Positions 61,001-64,000 of a stretch of 64,000 nucleotides of DNA are shown here, piece by piece. A program made the position numbers and the translations under genes. Position 1 is the stretch's first letter, and each line of letters opens with the position of its first letter. The stretch is from NCBI GenBank assembly GCA_022750335.1, contig JAKIVX010000008.1, forward strand, positions 785 through 64,784. The letters run 5' to 3'. The notes under the pieces are model-generated. The model did no database searches. It was not told the origin of the DNA and worked only from the letters and a program-made list of their open reading frames with translations. This stretch comes from Thermoplasmata archaeon (GTDB lineage Archaea > Thermoplasmatota > Thermoplasmata > Lutacidiplasmatales > UBA184).

Positions 61001-62040
61001 GCGTCGAAATTGCTGCCGCCCCCCGGTCCGCCGAGGGTCAGCTCGAAGTCGTCCGGCAGCCCGAAGGGATTGTAGTTGAATCCGTTCGCCACGTAGGCCG
61101 GGGCGGGGGCCGCCGGGCCACCCGGCACGGTGGAGTTGAAGATCGCGTAGTCGTACGACCCCTGGAAGTATTCCGTCGCGTTCGCGAGAGTGAAATTGAA
61201 GTAGACCGCGTCCCGGCCGTCCACGAGAGTCGAATTCAGGTAGAGGTGCAGGTCGAACGGATACGAGATCGTGATCGGACCACCGGTTGCGTAATAGAGC
61301 TCGGGGGCGGCGACGGTACCGTTCGGTCCGTACTGGTAGAGGGTGTTCGCGTCGAAGGAGGGGCCCGAGAAGTTCCAGATGTTGCTGACGAAGAACAGCT
61401 GGTGGCTGAAGTCGGAATATTCGACCACGTTCTGGGTCCAGAATTGATAGCCGGTCGTCCCGAACAGGGTGACATTGTTGAGGACCGAGTTGAGTTGCAC
61501 GCCGTACTCGTCCGGGCCGCTGATGTCCTGGGACAGGCCCGACATTTCGTAGGGCAGGTAGGTCCCTTGCACGCTCGAGGTGGAGAGCATGTAGGGCGTG
61601 ATCGTCCCCGAGACATTCCGGAGGCCGTACTCGGCCACGCCGAGAGGAGCCGGGGCGGAGTCGTACGTGGGACTGACGTGGCCGTTGAGGAGCTTGGGGT
61701 TCGGATTGGCATTGAGATCGGGGAGGAAGGCGTCCTTGAGCGGCACCTGCTCGCGCTGGAGTTCGTTGATGAGGGAGGTCGTCCGGCCCGAGGGAGCGGG
61801 CGGCGCGGTAGAGCTAGCCGGTTGGTGGGAGGCGAGGAGAGCCTGCGTCGCGCCGGGGGCCGACCCACCGACCGTGGGAGTCGCGGCTCCGTGGCCGAGC
61901 GCCGTAGCGAGCGCTGTGGGGGAGGAGGTCCCCGAGGAGGTTCGATCGGCCGACCCTACGCCCGCAAGCCCCAGTGTGGAGAGGACTAGGACGGCAGTTA
62001 CGAAAACGGCGAGACCCCACTTTGCGCTCACGGCGGTCAT
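58030..62040 (-). CDS. Giant surface-anchored protein: signal peptide, thermopsin (peptidase A5)-like domain, beta-helix/Ig-like repeats, C-terminal TM and Pro-rich tail
   Basis: ATG 62040 gives the signal peptide MTAVSAKWGLAVFVTAVLVLSTLGLAGVGSA. SAPAPLGVAEYGLRNVSGTITPY, YGVQLNSVL...YQFWTQNVVEY and LFFVSNIWNFSG parallel S. acidocaldarius thermopsin motifs as I recall them. The ORF-track start at 62109 precedes a TATA-like element. Confidence 0.8.
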   Translation of the reverse strand: MTAVSAKWGLAVFVTAVLVLSTLGLAGVGSADRTSSGTSSPTALATALGHGAATPTVGGSAPGATQALLASHQPASSTAPPAPSGRTTSLINELQREQVPLKDAFLPDLNANPNPKLLNGHVSPTYDSAPAPLGVAEYGLRNVSGTITPYMLSTSSVQGTYLPYEMSGLSQDISGPDEYGVQLNSVLNNVTLFGTTGYQFWTQNVVEYSDFSHQLFFVSNIWNFSGPSFDANTLYQYGPNGTVAAPELYYATGGPITISYPFDLHLYLNSTLVDGRDAVYFNFTLANATEYFQGSYDYAIFNSTVPGGPAAPAPAYVANGFNYNPFGLPDDFELTLGGPGGGSNFDALAAQAYFGLQYWNSTSATYETVPSAYGYGSETGETAIGAYVLWGNPGASGYGGNPTAFLATGPSYLQQLWNVSSAPEAGSTYGGYLTLTLAPSNAFVFIAPGSVFGGWGTNTNWSLFQWAPYSASQDFYELDPGSYTLVAVLANYDPVETTFTIAGDLTFTSVTMTLPFDPDNGVYTPLWAFDDNDVANISTFADGGHVLFNQQYGTLGSAVNYNTVFPWFGLANDYLFPVFPGIYIDNVTSGVQVLSPPSFKVAYPAVNLPEINYYGLPTWNNLQMFFDNDTDIYLVDGASIGGWWWSDAYFGSEVSAYNVVFWNSSFSEVFQNTFNTGGNALYFYGGTDNLVANNTFEESVPISANPYATVAAAYGSVGLFDADYGNASDVAAYLGQANDTWECFEGLVGYGYCDLIFNNIFLTEYTADSPLYDPYYFYLAYPTCPAWLDLGFTTCFFDNAWNAGPELGAFIGWPDNILGLPGLGGNYWWDYGSANNPYSYIPYDAYSYETEIWWGGDYLPLTPYALYTVTFLETGLPAGTEWYAGADINGVYQYSDSDTTTASLLVPSGSYTYYIGSFSEFWSAPSGSFTVGTSNLEVDVTFVTAYLVTFTQTGLVTGTEWWVDVYNTTTDQYIGGVESDNGTATATGVLPGTYLWYAYTESDWFAASPQSGTATIAGNTTLPIHFVAVHTLTVTASGLGSGASWTLIVWNASFSDSWTSTGANLTFEDVAGAYNWAAVASGYVGAPTQGTFTLASNETQTVVFGTPATLTFSESGLTVGAAWTVALTQFGSTTNYTGAGTSIAISALAGAFTYTVSATGYAPTTASGSGTLPGNDAVSVTFTAVTGSPGTLSLTVTTSGAAASVNGKTVSTPFSAQENPGIYAIVVTESGYIPYYNNVTVTAGQTTSVSVTLVATSSTSGASSSNGISSTGWALIGLLAALAVVFLITTILFSRRGRSPPSVTPYTAPPAGAVPPTGSPAWSEGPSPPSPPPGAA

Positions 62041-62070
62041 GGATGGGAATGTTTTCCGGCCTTCTGGGTC

Positions 62071-62075
62071 ATAAA
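62071..62075 (-). promoter_or_regulatory. TATA-like element (TTTAT on the minus strand) for the giant surface-protein gene
   Basis: About 30 nt upstream of ATG 62040. It lies inside the longer ORF-track version. Confidence 0.35.
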
Positions 62076-62173
62076 CGTTGGGGCTCGAACACCGAGCCGG
62101 TCGCGCCACTCAACGGGGACCGCGCCCCAGCTTCCGAGTTCGGGCGAGGGTGTTTCAGCTTCTCTGAACCATC

Positions 62174-62180
62174 CATATAG
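62174..62180 (+). promoter_or_regulatory. TATA-like box (CATATAG) for nreA
   Basis: About 30 nt upstream of ATG 62209. The heptamer is identical to the one upstream of tRNA-Pro. Confidence 0.35.
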
Positions 62181-62208
62181 AGCCTCGGACGCTCCGGTCG
62201 CCTACCAC

Positions 62209-63537
62209 ATGTCCGAGTCGCTCTCCGCTCCCCCGTTTCCGGGCGTCGACCCGTCGCCGGGCCTATCGTGGTCGATCCCAGGGCTGCGCGAAGACCCCAC
62301 GATGTGCCTTCGGTGCCGTTCCGCCCAGCTCCTGTGCGGAAAACCGGTCTGCCCCTTGCTCCTGCGATACCACGCCTTCCAGCGGACCCTTCCGATGGTC
62401 CAGGGCAAGGACCTCTCGGGTTCCTCCCCTCCGGCAGTCTTCGTGGGACGGTTCGGGTACCCGAAGGTCTCGTTCGGCCCGCTCCTGACCGCCGAGCACG
62501 GCCGGACGGAGCTACTGGACACACCCGAAGACTGGGTAGGTCGGTCGGTGGCCGAGGTCGTCGGGTTCCGCACCAGTCTCGTCCGTGGGACCAGTCCGAT
62601 CCGAGTCACGGACGCGGAGAAACCGATCCCCCTCCTGGAGGAGCTCCAGCTGCTGGGGATCGCCGCCGAGTCGGCCGAGAGCGAGACCCGGTTCCGGCGC
62701 CCCCCGCGGGGCCACATCGCCCTCTCCGACTCTGCGCCACCGTTCGGACCTTCCGCTCCAATCGAGTCCCTTCGACTCGATGTTCGCCGGGTCGACCCCC
62801 ACTTGGACCGCCTCTCCTCAGACACCGCGGCCAATGCCCGCACCGCCGTCTCCGAACTGTACGACCGGGGGGTTCGGGTCAGCCGGATCCAGCGGGCGTT
62901 CAGTGTCGGCACGCTCGGCCGGCGCGGCCGACGCCGCCTCGTCCCGACCCGGTGGAGCATCACGGCGGTCGATGACCTGCTCTCGAAGCGAAACCTCGAG
63001 GACGTTCGCCAGCTGCCCGAGCTGGGGGAGATCCGGGTGCATCGGCTGACCGCCCTTGACAACCGATGGTTGATCCTGTTCCTACCGGGGGTGTGGCGCT
63101 ACGAATCGATCGAATCGTGGTACCCTTCGACCTTCTGGAACCCGAGCCCGACGGAGATAATCATGATGGGCGACCATGAGGGGTATGACGGCCGGACGAC
63201 GTACGCCTCGATCGGCGGGTGCTACTACGCAGCCCGGCTCGCGGTCACCGAAGCGATGCTCCGGATGGGACGCCAGGCCGGAGTGGCGGTGCTCCGGGAG
63301 GTCCACCCCGGGGAGATCCTCCCCCTCGGCGTCTGGAATGTCCGGGAGCACGTCCGGGCCGCTCTCCGCGAGCCCCCCACCCGACCCGGCTCCATGGGCG
63401 AGCTGCTGGGCCTCATCCAGTCGACGTTCGTCATCCCGCTCCCCCGCTGGCTCACCCAAAGTGCCGTCCTCCACGAGGCTCGGACCCAGCGTCGCTTGGA
63501 CGACTGGCTCGTCGCCGAAAAGGTGCCCGTCGCCTAG
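62209..63537 (+). CDS. nreA: Nre-family DNA repair protein (NreA-like) with C-terminal PIP-box-like motif
   Basis: N-terminal Cys cluster MCLRCRSAQLLCGKPVCPLL, the PTRWSITAVDD segment, and C-terminal QRRLDDWL (Qxx[LIM]xx[FWY][FWYL]-like). The family is assigned from memory of COG1602. Confidence 0.7.
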   Translation: MSESLSAPPFPGVDPSPGLSWSIPGLREDPTMCLRCRSAQLLCGKPVCPLLLRYHAFQRTLPMVQGKDLSGSSPPAVFVGRFGYPKVSFGPLLTAEHGRTELLDTPEDWVGRSVAEVVGFRTSLVRGTSPIRVTDAEKPIPLLEELQLLGIAAESAESETRFRRPPRGHIALSDSAPPFGPSAPIESLRLDVRRVDPHLDRLSSDTAANARTAVSELYDRGVRVSRIQRAFSVGTLGRRGRRRLVPTRWSITAVDDLLSKRNLEDVRQLPELGEIRVHRLTALDNRWLILFLPGVWRYESIESWYPSTFWNPSPTEIIMMGDHEGYDGRTTYASIGGCYYAARLAVTEAMLRMGRQAGVAVLREVHPGEILPLGVWNVREHVRAALREPPTRPGSMGELLGLIQSTFVIPLPRWLTQSAVLHEARTQRRLDDWLVAEKVPVA

Positions 63538-64000
63538 GCCGTGAACTGGGCGCCGCACCGACCGCAGAACGTGTCGCTGGTCGCACGGGGGGATCCGCAG
63601 GCAGCGCACGCACTCGCCGTCCGGGGGGTGCCGCATCCCCGGCAGAACGTGTCGTCCGGGAGGGCCGGGTAGCCGCAGTTGGAACAGCGATTCGCCCCCG
63701 CGGCCCGCTCGGCCGCATCGGATGGGTCCTCGGGCCCTTCGGGGAACGTCGAAGTCCCCCCGATCCGGGCCGGCGCCGCGAGCGCCTCCACCTTTCCGCC
63801 CAGGCTCCGGCGGGCGCGCAGGGCGAGTCGGAACGCCTCCGTGAACTCCCCGCGGTCGAAGGACGCCTGGGCCTGAGTCTGGAGCTGCGCCGCCTCGAGG
63901 GTGGAGGCCTCCTTCGCGCGCTCCCGGCGGGCCGTGACGACCTCCTGGTCGAGGAGGCGAAGCTGGAACTGGGACTCGGCCCGGTTTCGGGGCAACGGGG
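63534..64000 (-). CDS. Double zinc-ribbon protein (probably 5'-truncated by the window edge)
   Basis: C-terminal CSNCGYPALPDDTFCRGCG and CAACGSPRATSDTFCGRCG, preceded by a helical, charged region. The frame is open to the window end. Confidence 0.6.
   Translation of the reverse strand, partial: PLPRNRAESQFQLRLLDQEVVTARRERAKEASTLEAAQLQTQAQASFDRGEFTEAFRLALRARRSLGGKVEALAAPARIGGTSTFPEGPEDPSDAAERAAGANRCSNCGYPALPDDTFCRGCGTPRTASACAACGSPRATSDTFCGRCGAQFTA

Noticed and set aside
1-64000. CRISPR arrays, IS elements, toxin-antitoxin or other recognisable defence modules, rRNA genes.
   Set aside because: I saw no regularly spaced direct repeats, no transposase, integrase, Cas or nuclease-helicase defence signatures, and no rRNA-like sequence in either strand. 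The absence is judged by eye only.

Overview
The window is GC-rich (roughly two-thirds G+C by eye, with strong GC3 bias) and looks like archaeal chromosomal DNA. All assignments below come from reading motifs in the supplied translations and from memory of protein families. No database search was run.

The gene content points to a Thermoplasmatota-like euryarchaeon:
- Information processing: a uS13-uS4-uS11-RpoD cluster, Pelota, Orc1/Cdc6, a Hef-type helicase, NreA, diphthine synthase, TrmY and Elp3.
- Isoprenoid and tetraether lipid genes: thiolase plus a DUF35 partner, UbiX, isopentenyl phosphate kinase, type-2 IPP isomerase, and a Tes-like radical SAM enzyme.
- A thermopsin-family protease domain.

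I call about 65 protein genes. I also call two tRNAs (Pro-CGG and Ala-UGC), a kdpFABC-usp operon whose 37-codon kdpF is absent from the ORF track, and several TATA-like boxes placed for leaderless or short-leader transcripts. I see no CRISPR array, IS element, integrase or obvious defence system. Many long ORFs in the track are antisense shadows typical of high-GC DNA.

The observations I consider most worth following:
1. Two large signal-peptide surface proteins share a C-terminal module: a TM helix, a basic R-x-R-S-(M)-P-P-S stretch, a proline-rich tail, and a terminal PSPPPGA[T/A]. One of them is a ~1336-aa thermopsin-domain fusion.
2. A thiolase is partnered by a DUF35 protein fused to what looks like a catalytically dead N-terminal half of HMG-CoA synthase.
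3. A single polypeptide with two ribbon-helix-helix modules lies directly upstream of a divergent FtsZ, matching the cdrS-ftsZ2 arrangement.
4. uS13 carries obligatory Lys/Ala-rich extensions that include a DSKDGK tandem repeat.
5. A hypothetical protein begins with a sequence strikingly like the histone H3 N-terminal tail.
6. Two unknown membrane proteins are translationally chained between ubiX and guaA.
7. A 518-aa unknown protein sits next to an orphan receiver domain.
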